Assembly: GCA_963836185.1 (NCBI GenBank)
Contig: CAWIIQ010000003.1
Location: forward strand, 352,001 to 416,000
DNA length: 64,000 bases
From: Candidatus Krumholzibacteriia bacterium
GTDB taxonomy: Bacteria > Krumholzibacteriota > Krumholzibacteriia > Krumholzibacteriales > Krumholzibacteriaceae
Direction: 5' to 3'
Position numbers and translations under genes: made by a program. Below the pieces are notes generated by a model, which searched no databases, had not been told where the DNA came from, and worked only from the letters and a program-made list of their open reading frames with translations. Shown one piece after another: positions 38,884-48,511 of this stretch; the stretch's first letter is position 1, and each line of letters opens with the position of its first letter.

Positions 38884-40460
38884 TTCGCACCTCCCTCTAT
38901 GAGGCCGCGTTTGATAGCTTCGCGCTTGACCGGTCCCCACCATCCGACCGGCCGCGACATCACGTAGAACTTCACGAGCCGGTCCATGTCCTCCGGCTTC
39001 GTGAGGAATGTCACCGGGATGAAGACCACCGCCCCGAGCAGCATCAGGAGCCAGAACTGCTGGTAGTCCTTCAGGTGCGGCAGCACCCCGAAGGCGGGCA
39101 GGACCCAGACGACGAGCCATGAGAAGATCAGGTTGAATACCCACGCCGAGAGGTAGCCCCACCCGTTGAATCGCCACCAGATCACCTGGAGGATGCCGGG
39201 GAGCCAGACCCCGGCGGCCATGATCCAGAGGGCGAATATCAGCCACTCGGTGATGTTCTCCATTATCGAGCCGAAGACGAACGAGCCGAGCAGCAGTATC
39301 AGCGTGCCGATCCGCCCGACCTTGACGAGCTTCTCCTGGGTCGCCTTCGGATTGATGTAATGATGGTAGAGATCGCGCGTTATGTAGACCGCCCCGAGGT
39401 TGAGGTGGGTCGATATCGTCGAGATATGTATCGCCACGATCGCGGCGAAGAAGAATCCGAGCATCCCGGCCGGGAGGTTCTCGAACCCGAGGCGGAACCA
39501 CGCCATCTCGTAATCCTTCACCTCCGTCAGGTCGGGGTAGAGGACGAAGAAGCCGAGTATCGCGACGGCCCAGATCCCGTTGCGCATGATCACGAGCGCC
39601 GAGCCGGCCCATATCGACCAGGAGGCGTCCTTGACCGTCTTCGCCGACTGTATCCTCTGCGCCTCGGGGTACCAGTCGATCGCCGTGCCCATGCCGAGCC
39701 CGCCGAGTATCCCGATGAACATCATCGTCACGAACCACGCGACGGGAAAATCCCCGTCGAACAGCCCGGTGAAATTAAACGGGTTGAGCTTCCCCGCTTC
39801 CCCCATCGCGGTGAGCCTCTCGATGATCGCTCCGGTGCCTCCCGCCGCGTGAACGCCCCAGAAGGAGACGATGATGATCACGATAAAGGCGATGATTCCC
39901 TGCTGGAAATCGGCCATCACCACGCCCCAGTACCCCGCGGCGAGGACGTAGATGGCGCAGGCGGCCGAGAAGACGATCAGGCCTATCCAGAGGGGCCAGT
40001 CGAAGAGGTAGTTGCAGACCTTCCCCATAGCGATGCCGACCCAGCCGAGTATGAACATGTTGAGAAATACCTGCCAGCCCGCGACCCAACCGCGCAGCAG
40101 CTCGCCCGACAGCCCGCCGAAACGGAGCGACTGCCATTCGGCCTGCGTGTAGGCGAGCGACCGCCTGAATATCTTGGTCGAGACGAATGCGCTGATCGAG
40201 CACCACGCCGCGTAGAACGAGTACCACAGCCCCGAGAGGCCGAACTTGTAGACCACGCCCGACACCCACATCGGTGTATCTGTCGCGGTGTGCGTCGCGT
40301 AGACCGATGAGGCGGGGAGCCACCACGGCAGCCCGCGGCCGGCGAGGAAGAAGTCGGACTCGCTCCGCTTGCCGAGGCGGTAGAAGCGCACGCCGCTCCC
40401 GATCATCAGCGCGATGAAGGCGAGCAGCCAGAACCAGTCGAGAAAGTGAAATGTCGCCAT
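38880..40460 (-). CDS. Sodium:solute symporter (SSS/SLC5 family)
   Basis: DFFLAGRGLPWW, GYWGVVMADF, QRIQSAK, AIHISTIST. About 13 TM segments. Confidence 0.9.
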   Translation of the reverse strand: MATFHFLDWFWLLAFIALMIGSGVRFYRLGKRSESDFFLAGRGLPWWLPASSVYATHTATDTPMWVSGVVYKFGLSGLWYSFYAAWCSISAFVSTKIFRRSLAYTQAEWQSLRFGGLSGELLRGWVAGWQVFLNMFILGWVGIAMGKVCNYLFDWPLWIGLIVFSAACAIYVLAAGYWGVVMADFQQGIIAFIVIIIVSFWGVHAAGGTGAIIERLTAMGEAGKLNPFNFTGLFDGDFPVAWFVTMMFIGILGGLGMGTAIDWYPEAQRIQSAKTVKDASWSIWAGSALVIMRNGIWAVAILGFFVLYPDLTEVKDYEMAWFRLGFENLPAGMLGFFFAAIVAIHISTISTHLNLGAVYITRDLYHHYINPKATQEKLVKVGRIGTLILLLGSFVFGSIMENITEWLIFALWIMAAGVWLPGILQVIWWRFNGWGYLSAWVFNLIFSWLVVWVLPAFGVLPHLKDYQQFWLLMLLGAVVFIPVTFLTKPEDMDRLVKFYVMSRPVGWWGPVKREAIKRGLIEGGAK

Positions 40461-40628
40461 CCGTGCTCCTTGCCGTTGATTTTCGAAGGGAACCGTATCA
40501 CGCGGGGGGCGTTTTGTACAGGAGGGACAGTTGCAGGTATGCTTGAATCGCTGACGGTGTTGCTGTACAATGCTGGTAAGCGGAAATCCTGAAAATATTA
40601 TAGGCACAGGTATCAAGGGGTAACCAGA

Positions 40629-41789
40629 ATGGATCACAGATCATCCAAAAAATTGATCATGGATCGCCGTGAATTCATGGCTATGACAGCGGCAGCAGGG
40701 GTCGCCTTTGTGATTCCGCAATTCGGGCCTTTCAAGGCGGATGCAGAATCTGTAGGAAAGTACTATGATGCCCTTGCCGATGCCCTGAATAAGCTTCCCA
40801 ATGCTTTTCCCAGAACGGAATCAAAAATAGAACTGGCGATTCTCAGAAAAATTTTCACAAAAGAAGAAGCCTGGCTTGCCGGACAGATGACCATTGCGGC
40901 GGAACCCGTTTCGGATATCGCGGAACGCGTCGGCCTGACTGACGAGGAGACGACAAAACGTCTGGACAGGTTGTCCAACAAGGGGGGCGTCTGGGGAAGG
41001 GGCGGAAAGTACAGGCTGGCGCCGTTCATTGTCGGGATCTATGAGGCCCAGGTATGGGACATGGATCATGAGCTGGCCCACCTGATGGAGGATTATCTCG
41101 AAGAGGGCGGCGCTGAGTTCATGAGATTTCAGCCGGCTATCCATCGGGTGGTCCCCGCGCAGGGATCCGTAAAGACGGACTGGATCCTTCCGTATGACGA
41201 TGTGAGAAAGGTGATCGAGGCCAATGTCTCGTTCCGAGTGAGGGACTGTATATGCCGGGTCCAGCAGGATCTTCTAAAGGAGAGAAAATGCGATCTCCCG
41301 GTGAAAAACTGTCTGAATTTCACTCCGTTCGAGAGGCCGCCGACAGACCGGGATATTTCTAAGGAAGAAGCCCTGAAACTGCTCGATGAATCGGAAAGAG
41401 TCGGCCTGGTCCACTGCGTGACGAATGTCGAGGAAGGTTTCTACTACGTCTGCAACTGCTGCGGGTGCTGCTGCGGCATATTGAGAGGTATTACGGAATT
41501 CGGCATAGAGGACTCTGTGGCCGCGGCCAATTACTACGCCGTTGTCGAACCACAGTCTTGTACAGGTTGCGGGCTTTGCGTCGAGCGGTGCCATATGAAG
41601 GCAATCTCCGTTCAAGGCGGCATAGCGGTGATTGATAGCGGGAAGTGCATCGGATGTGGATTATGCGTTTCCGGGTGCAATCTGAACGGTGTTGTGCTGG
41701 AGCGCAAACCGGAGGAAGAGATCATCCATCCTCCGAAGAATTTCAATATCTGGGAACAGGAGCGGCTGAAAAGCAGGGGATTGACCTGA
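40629..41789 (+). CDS. 4Fe-4S dicluster protein with Tat-like signal peptide
   Basis: DRREFM Tat-like motif, CICR, CNCCGCCC, two CxxCxxCxxxC ferredoxin motifs. TTGAAT-17-TACAAT promoter at 40543-40571. Confidence 0.8.
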   Translation: MDHRSSKKLIMDRREFMAMTAAAGVAFVIPQFGPFKADAESVGKYYDALADALNKLPNAFPRTESKIELAILRKIFTKEEAWLAGQMTIAAEPVSDIAERVGLTDEETTKRLDRLSNKGGVWGRGGKYRLAPFIVGIYEAQVWDMDHELAHLMEDYLEEGGAEFMRFQPAIHRVVPAQGSVKTDWILPYDDVRKVIEANVSFRVRDCICRVQQDLLKERKCDLPVKNCLNFTPFERPPTDRDISKEEALKLLDESERVGLVHCVTNVEEGFYYVCNCCGCCCGILRGITEFGIEDSVAAANYYAVVEPQSCTGCGLCVERCHMKAISVQGGIAVIDSGKCIGCGLCVSGCNLNGVVLERKPEEEIIHPPKNFNIWEQERLKSRGLT

Positions 41790-41882
41790 GAAGCCGTGTG
41801 TCTGCCCGGCTCGGTGCACCATATGCAACCGAAGTTGCATATGGTGTCACTTTATGCAAAGCGAACTGTATTATCTATCCCG

Positions 41883-44800
41883 TCAATCCTCTTCTGGAAG
41901 CACGCAGCACTCCCGCGTGTCTCCCTGGCCGTAGTGATGGAACAACACCGGGATGACGACCATGTTGAGGATCGTCGCCGTAAACAGCCCGCCCAGTATC
42001 ACGATCGACATCGGCGCCTGGATCTCGTTCCCCGGCCGTCCGGCGGCAAGCGCCAACGGAAGCAGGGCGAGGCCGGTTGTCAGAGCGGTCATCATGATCG
42101 GGCTCAGCCTCTCGAGTGATCCCTTCACGACCGCCTCCTCGCGAGTCAGTCCCTCCTCGGTCATCAGGTAGTTGTAATGCGAGAGCATCATGATCCCGTT
42201 TCGCACCGAGATGCCGAACAGGGTGATGAACCCGACCATCGTCGCGATGTTGAGGACACCGCCGGAGAGGAGGACGGCAAGCAGGCCTCCGATGAGGGCG
42301 AGCGGGAGGTTGACCAGCACGAGGGCCGTATCGCGCAGGTTGCCGAACTCGGAGTAGAGAGCGGCGACTATCAGCACGAATGACAGTATGCTCATCAGGC
42401 CTATGATCCGCGAAGCTTCACGCTCGCTCTCGAACTGCCCGCCTATCTGGAGGAAGTATCCTTCGGGCATCTCGAGCGAGGCATCGAGGGATGAGCGGAT
42501 ATCGTCCACAACAGAGCCCAGGTCCCTGCTCCCGGCGTTCGCCGAGACTACGATCTTGCGCTGCACGTTTTCCCTGCTTATGTAGTTCGGCCCGCGGTCG
42601 ACCTGTATGTCGGTGACCATGTCGAGCGGGACTCGCGCTCCGGTCGGTGTGTCGACGAGCGATGATCTGATCGACTCAAGGTCCTTCCTGAACGGCTCGT
42701 CGTATCTCACCACGAGGTCGTGGCTGTTCTGGCCGTCGAACACCTCCGAGACCGGCATGCCGAGGAAGGCGATATCGACCATCGCGTCGATGTCGGCCAT
42801 AGTCAGGCCGTAGAGTGACATCTTTGACCTGTCGGCGCGGATCCTCACCTGCGGGATATCGATCTGCTGGTCCCCCGACAGGTCCTCGACACCCTCGACC
42901 TCTCTCATGAGTGCCTCTGTCTGTGCGGCCAGGGTGCGCAGCTTCGTCAGGTCGGGGCCGAAGATCTTCACCGCGATGTTCGCCCTCGTACCCGAAAGCA
43001 TGTGGTCGATCCTGTGGCTGATCGGCTGCCCGATGATGAATATCGTTCCTGGAAGGAGCTCGAGCTTTTCGCGGATGCTCTCGAGTATCTCCTCCTTCGA
43101 CGGTTCATCCTCGAGGACTACCTCGAGCTCGTGCGCGTGGGAGCCGAGCGAGTGCTCGTCATACTCGGTGCGCCCTGTCCTTCTCGCTACCGAAGCCACC
43201 CCAGGTGTCTCGAGGAGAAGTTTGTCGGCCATGTCGCCGATCTTGTCCGACTCAACCAGGGCGGTCCCCGGTATCGATGCGACACTGATGTTGAGTGTTC
43301 CCTCGTTGAACTCGGGAAGGAACGACCTGCCGAGGAAGGGGACAGTCGCGATGATCATCAGCACGAGGACCGTCGAGACGATCAGGATATTCCTGCCGTG
43401 CCCGAGGGCTGACGACAGGATCGGCTTATAAATGTTTTTGAGCCATCTGACGACAGGGCTGTCGCTCTTCCCTTTCTTGTTGTTTCTCAGCATGATCGAG
43501 CTCATCGCCGCCGAGACCGTCAGTGCGACGAAGAGGGAGGCGAGCACCGAGATGCTGTATGCGATCCCCAGCGGCTTGAGCATCCTGCCCTCGATACCGC
43601 CGAGGAAGAAGAGGGGGATGAAGACGACGACGAGGATGAAGTTTGCACTTACGAGCGGCGCCTTCACTTCCGACGAAGCGGCGAGGACGACCTCGTAGAA
43701 GGGCCGTTGCGCCCCCGGGCCCCTCGCGTCGTTCTCCCTTATCCGTCTGTACGCGTTTTCGACGTAGATGATCGCATCGTCTACGAGCACGCCGATCGCG
43801 ATCGCCATCCCGCTCAGCGTCATCGTGTTTATCGACTGTCCCAGCAGGTTGAGGATGAGTATCGTGATGACCAGCGAGAGGGGGATCGATATGGCTGATA
43901 TGATAGTGGTGCGGATATTGGCAAGGAAAATGAGAAGCACTATCACGACCAGTATCGCCCCGTCCCGCAGCGCGTACATCACGTTGTCCACGGCACGCCG
44001 TATGAAATCTGCCTGCCTGAATATCTCGGCGTGGACTTCGACGTCTTTCGGGAGCGCCGCGCCGATTTCGACGAGAGCCTCGTCGATCATTCCTGTCAGG
44101 TCGAGCGTATTGGCGTCGGGCTGCTTGCTGATCACGAGCATGACGCCACGGTCACGGTTGATCGCCGCTTCGCCGAGCTTGGTCGCGGGCCCTATCGTTA
44201 CATGGGCAACGTCGCGAAGGAGTACGGGGACGCCCTCTCGCATCGAGAGCACCGTTTTTTCGAGGTCCTCGATATCCCGAAGCCGCCCAAGGCCACGGAT
44301 CAGGTATTCCTGCCCGAGTGTACGAAGAATCCTCCGCTCGCGTTGAGGTTCGATCCCGCTGCCGCGTCGAGCACTTCGGAGAGGCCGGCCCCGAACTTTC
44401 GCAGCAGGTTCGGGTCGACCAGGACCTGGTACTGCTTCACCTCGCCGCCGTAGACCTTGACGCTCGCGACGCCCGGCACCGCCAGCAGGCGCTTGCGGAT
44501 CGTGAAGTCGGCGAGTGTGCGGAGGTCCATCAGCGACGTCTCTTCGGAGGTCAGACCGACGGCCATGATCTCACCCATCAGCGCCGTGACCGGGGCCATA
44601 AGCGGCCGGTCGACTTCGGCTGGTAGCGATCCCTCGAGCGTCTGGAGCTTCTCGCTCACGATCTGTCTCGCCCTGTAGATATCCGTTCCCCAGTCGAACT
44701 CGACATGTACCGTCGAGAATCCCTGGATCGATGTCGATCTTACCCTTCGAACGCCTGACGCTCCGTTGACGGCAGTCTCGACCGGGAAGGTAACGAGCAT

Positions 44801-44986
44801 CTCGACTTCCTCGGGGGCCATGCCGTGGGCCTCCGTGAGGATCGTCACCGTCGGCGCCGTAAGGTCGGGGAAGACGTCGATCGGCATCCTCATCGCTATC
44901 ATCACACCCCCGGCAAGCAGTACGGCCGCGCCGATAAGTACCGCGAGACGGTTTCGAAGGCTTGTCCTAATCATTTGATCAAGCAT
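41883..44986 (-). CDS. czcA: CzcA/CusA-family heavy-metal RND permease (frameshift about 44313)
   Basis: MPIDVFPDL..PTVT, GVLVDDAII.VEN, FLPEFNEG, ERLSPIMMT. Two ORFs joined by a missing G. Confidence 0.88.
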
Positions 44987-45000
44987 TTCCGTCCCTCTTT

Positions 45001-46660
45001 CTAGTGTACGTGCGCAGCGCCTGTCTCGCTCTTCGATGAGGCGAGTTTCACGCTGTATGCCCCGCGGGTGACTACCCGCTCACCGGCCTCGAGGCCCTCT
45101 GTTATCTCGACCAGTCCGCCCGAGCGTGCGCCCGTCCTGACTGCTCTCTTCTCGAAGCTCTCGCCGCCATGCTGTACGAATACGTACCTGGCATAGTCCT
45201 CATCGATGATGCTCTTTTCGGGCACCGCGACGGCGGCGATCTCTTCGCTCGTGAATATATCCATCTGGACGACCTGGCCGATCTTCAGCAGGTCATCTGT
45301 GTTCTCTATCTCGAATATCACCGGAATGGTCATGCTGGCGCGGTCGAAGACTCCGCCTTTGCTCAACATCTTCAGGTCCGCTTCGGCGATCCGCATTGCA
45401 ACGTCGATCCCCGGTATGACCAGTTCCGCTCCGCGGGGGGTTCCCATGCGGTAGTAGTCCTTCTCGAACATGTCGGCACGCAGCCATACTACTGCCGGAT
45501 CGACTATCGTCATCAGTTTCTGTCCGGTGGCGACAGACTGGCCCGGCATGACGTCGACCGACGCGACGATACCGGTAGCCGGTGCTTTGAGGACAAGGTG
45601 GACTTCGTCTATTCCCGAGCCGGATGAGGTCTCCACCGAGACTCCCTGAAGTATCGCGGCGAAGCTCGCCTTCTCGACGAGCCAGTTCTTCCGGATCTCA
45701 TCGTATTCGCGCTCCGAGATCGCCTCGCGCGCGATCAGCTTCTCGGCTCTTTCGAACTCCTTCTTTGCGCGGTCGTACGCGGACCGCCGCTCGACCCATG
45801 AGCCTGTTCCCTCGAGAGGGGGGCAGAGGATCAGGATGGGGTCACCGGCCTTGACCCGTTTCCCCGGTACGGCCATATCGCTGTTGTGATCCACCCTGAG
45901 ATACCCTTCGACGGGAGATACTATTTCGGCGTACCCGGACTGGCGGGGCACCACCTCCGCTACGGTCGGCAGGGAGGCCCTCATCATGACCCTGTGGATC
46001 TTTTCGACGAGGAACTCTGTGTTCCACTGCTGCTCCTTGAGAAAGGCGACCGTCTCAGCCTCGCTGCCGTGGTCGTGGGAGTCCTCCTCGACCTCCCCGA
46101 CATGCCCCCCGTCCTCGGCATGCATGTGATCGTCGACGCCTCCATCGATGGATGCGTGGGAATGGTCATGTCCCTCATGGCCGGCATTCGCCTTGAAGGC
46201 GGCGATTCCCTCGTGGGCGGCCTCTTCCTCGGTCGCGAACGCCGTCACGGTCCCAGCCTCGAAGACTGCGCTTGCGTCGCCGTTGTACGAAAAGGCGACC
46301 TCGTAATTCGCCGGGCTCAGGAGCGTCGACCTCGACGATCCAGATGCCGCTGCGCGAAGCATGTTCGGCCGAGCCGGATGCGGCGATCCTGCCGCTTTCT
46401 CTCAGCACGACATTGACTTTACCATCGCCTGCAGGCCTGAAATCCTCAAGGCGTGTCAGGTGGATGAGGAACTCCGTCTTCTCTCCGCGCACCGGCGCGT
46501 GAAATTTGGTGAAGAGTTCGATTCCGCCTTCCCACGCCGTCACGCTTATCGAGTGTTCCTCGCGGGCGTGCCCTTCGTGCCCGTCGGTCTGATTCTCCGC
46601 GGCGCATGACGCCAGTATCAGAACGGCAGCCGGCAGCAGGGCCAGTCTCTTGAGATTCAT
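45001..46660 (-). CDS. czcB: CzcB-like RND periplasmic adaptor lipoprotein with His-rich linker (frameshift about 46305)
   Basis: LASC lipobox in ORF 46175-46660. KEQQW, MFP core and GERVVTRGAY in ORF 45001-46362. Confidence 0.8.
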
Positions 46661-47910
46661 GATCCGGTCTCCTCCTTCCGGGCGTTCCCCGGCGCGTAGA
46701 TCTCTCGTTCGGTCAGTCTTTCGAGCTCGAAAACGATGTCGTTATAATCTTCCAGCATGTTGAAATATGATTCGATCCCCTCGGCATATGTTCGTATTCC
46801 CTCGAGAAAATCACCGAGATCGATCCATCCCTCCCTGTACGAAAGGGCGAGATCCTTGACGTGCTCCTCGATGAGCTCGAAGTCCCCGTGATAACGTTTC
46901 AGCAGGCCGGCTTCATCCCGGGCGGCAAGCAGCAATCTCGACAGGTGCCTTTCCCTGGCAGTCTCGTACAGGTCGAGTTCCGCCTGCGCCTTTCTGTGTT
47001 CGGCCGTGGCCCGGTCGATCCCGCCCGAATTACGGTTGAGTAACGGGATAGGCATGGAGAGCCCGATGACGAATCCGGTGAACTGGTCCTCGACATTTTT
47101 GTATCCGCCCGCGACGCTCAGGGAAGGGAAGAGGTTCCCCTTCTCGAGACCGATCTCTTTCTCGAGCGCTTCCGACGTGAGCCGTCGGCTCTCGATGTCG
47201 AATGTCCCGTCTGCCGTCAGGTCGCCGGATGACAACCAGTCGGCGGACAGGTCGAGCTCTGAGACGAGGATGACCGTATCTCCGGGCGGTATCCCCATCG
47301 CGGTCTTCCAGTCATCCATGACCTCACGTCTTTCCAGCCTGGACTCGATCATCCTTGCCCGTACAGCGATCAGGGACATGTCGATCAGCCGTTTCTCCAC
47401 GCCCGATACGGTTCCCTGTTCCTTTCGGTCCGTGATGACCCGTGAGGCGTCACCGATGATCTCCTCGAAGACCTCGAGGATCTCCGCCTCGATGTCGCGG
47501 AGCTTCAGCGTCACATACCCGTGACGCATCCGTGAGATAAGCCGTGATTTCGATGCCTCCCGGCCGAGACGCGAGGATTCGAGGCGGAGGTCTGCTCCGC
47601 TTCTTTTCTTCGCGTACGACCACGGCATCGCGAATTCCTTCTCCAGGGCGATGACCCATTCACGCAGGCTGACATCGCCGTTGCCCACTTCCTCCATCTC
47701 CCAGACGAGCGAAGGGTTCGTCCATCGCAGCGAGAGATCTCTCTCTGCCTGCGCGATGCTCAGTTCACTCTCGAGGATGATAGCGAACGGGCTTCCTGAC
47801 AGCGCCATCCGGGGGATGTCCTCGATGCCGACACGTATCTCGGCGCCGGATGCCGCATGAGACATCAGGGTGAGACAGATGAAGGCGAGGATCGATGATT
47901 TCAGGTTCAT
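46657..47910 (-). CDS. czcC: TolC-family outer membrane protein (CzcC-like)
   Basis: Signal peptide, NPSL, FPSLSV, GLSMPIPLLNRNSG. Confidence 0.8.
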   Translation of the reverse strand: MNLKSSILAFICLTLMSHAASGAEIRVGIEDIPRMALSGSPFAIILESELSIAQAERDLSLRWTNPSLVWEMEEVGNGDVSLREWVIALEKEFAMPWSYAKKRSGADLRLESSRLGREASKSRLISRMRHGYVTLKLRDIEAEILEVFEEIIGDASRVITDRKEQGTVSGVEKRLIDMSLIAVRARMIESRLERREVMDDWKTAMGIPPGDTVILVSELDLSADWLSSGDLTADGTFDIESRRLTSEALEKEIGLEKGNLFPSLSVAGGYKNVEDQFTGFVIGLSMPIPLLNRNSGGIDRATAEHRKAQAELDLYETARERHLSRLLLAARDEAGLLKRYHGDFELIEEHVKDLALSYREGWIDLGDFLEGIRTYAEGIESYFNMLEDYNDIVFELERLTEREIYAPGNARKEETGS

Positions 47911-48000
47911 TTCCACTCCATGTGCAGGGCCGCCCGTATATCCGTGAACGGACGCCGGTCTGTAAAGATCAGTCTGAAAAAATAGAGATCAGTTGTGAAG

Positions 48001-48454
48001 TCAGCAGAGAGGGGGGGCTCTTTCGGAGAAGGTGAGCCCGTATCTTTCGAAGGGCGGCGATTCATCGACCGCCGTCAGGCTGGAAGCCAGCTTGAAATCG
48101 GGAGCTTCCCCGCTGGCCGTCTCGGCAAATGCCGATTCATCTGCCGGTGGCGATGAATCTTCGCTTCGGATGAGTCTTTCCATCGTGTGAGTGATGATGG
48201 ATGTCGTGATCGTGATGTTCGTCCCCGCACGTTGAACCGGGCTCAAGGCCGCATTCGTGATCAGCTTCGTGGTCGTGGTGTCCGTTGCCGTGCGGCGTGT
48301 GAGATTCTTCACGGTGCTCGAAGCAGTCCGCGCCGTCACAGTGCTGATGGGTCAGGCAGGCGATCTGGGCGGACGCGAAGGACGCGACTAGAAGTATCGC
48401 GACGAGTATCCCGCCATTCGTGCAGATGCTGCATTTTCTGATCGACCCGATCAT
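48001..48454 (-). CDS. His/Cys-rich exported leader protein ending in RAPP (CzcI/DUF2946-like), probable 1-bp frameshift at about 48178
   Basis: ORF 48137-48454 gives a signal and His-rich body. ORF 48001-48339 gives ...SERAPPLC*. Removing one A of an AAA run fuses them into 150 aa. Confidence 0.6.
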
Positions 48455-48511
48455 TCGTCCTCCAGCCAGCCTGTCATATATGACTTACCGGTAAATATAT
48501 GATAAATATGG

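Noticed and set aside
38884-39738. Arg-rich first 285 aa of ORF 38593-39738
   Set aside because: Alternative frame inside the symporter. Only the last 96 aa, from ATG 38883, look like a real gene.
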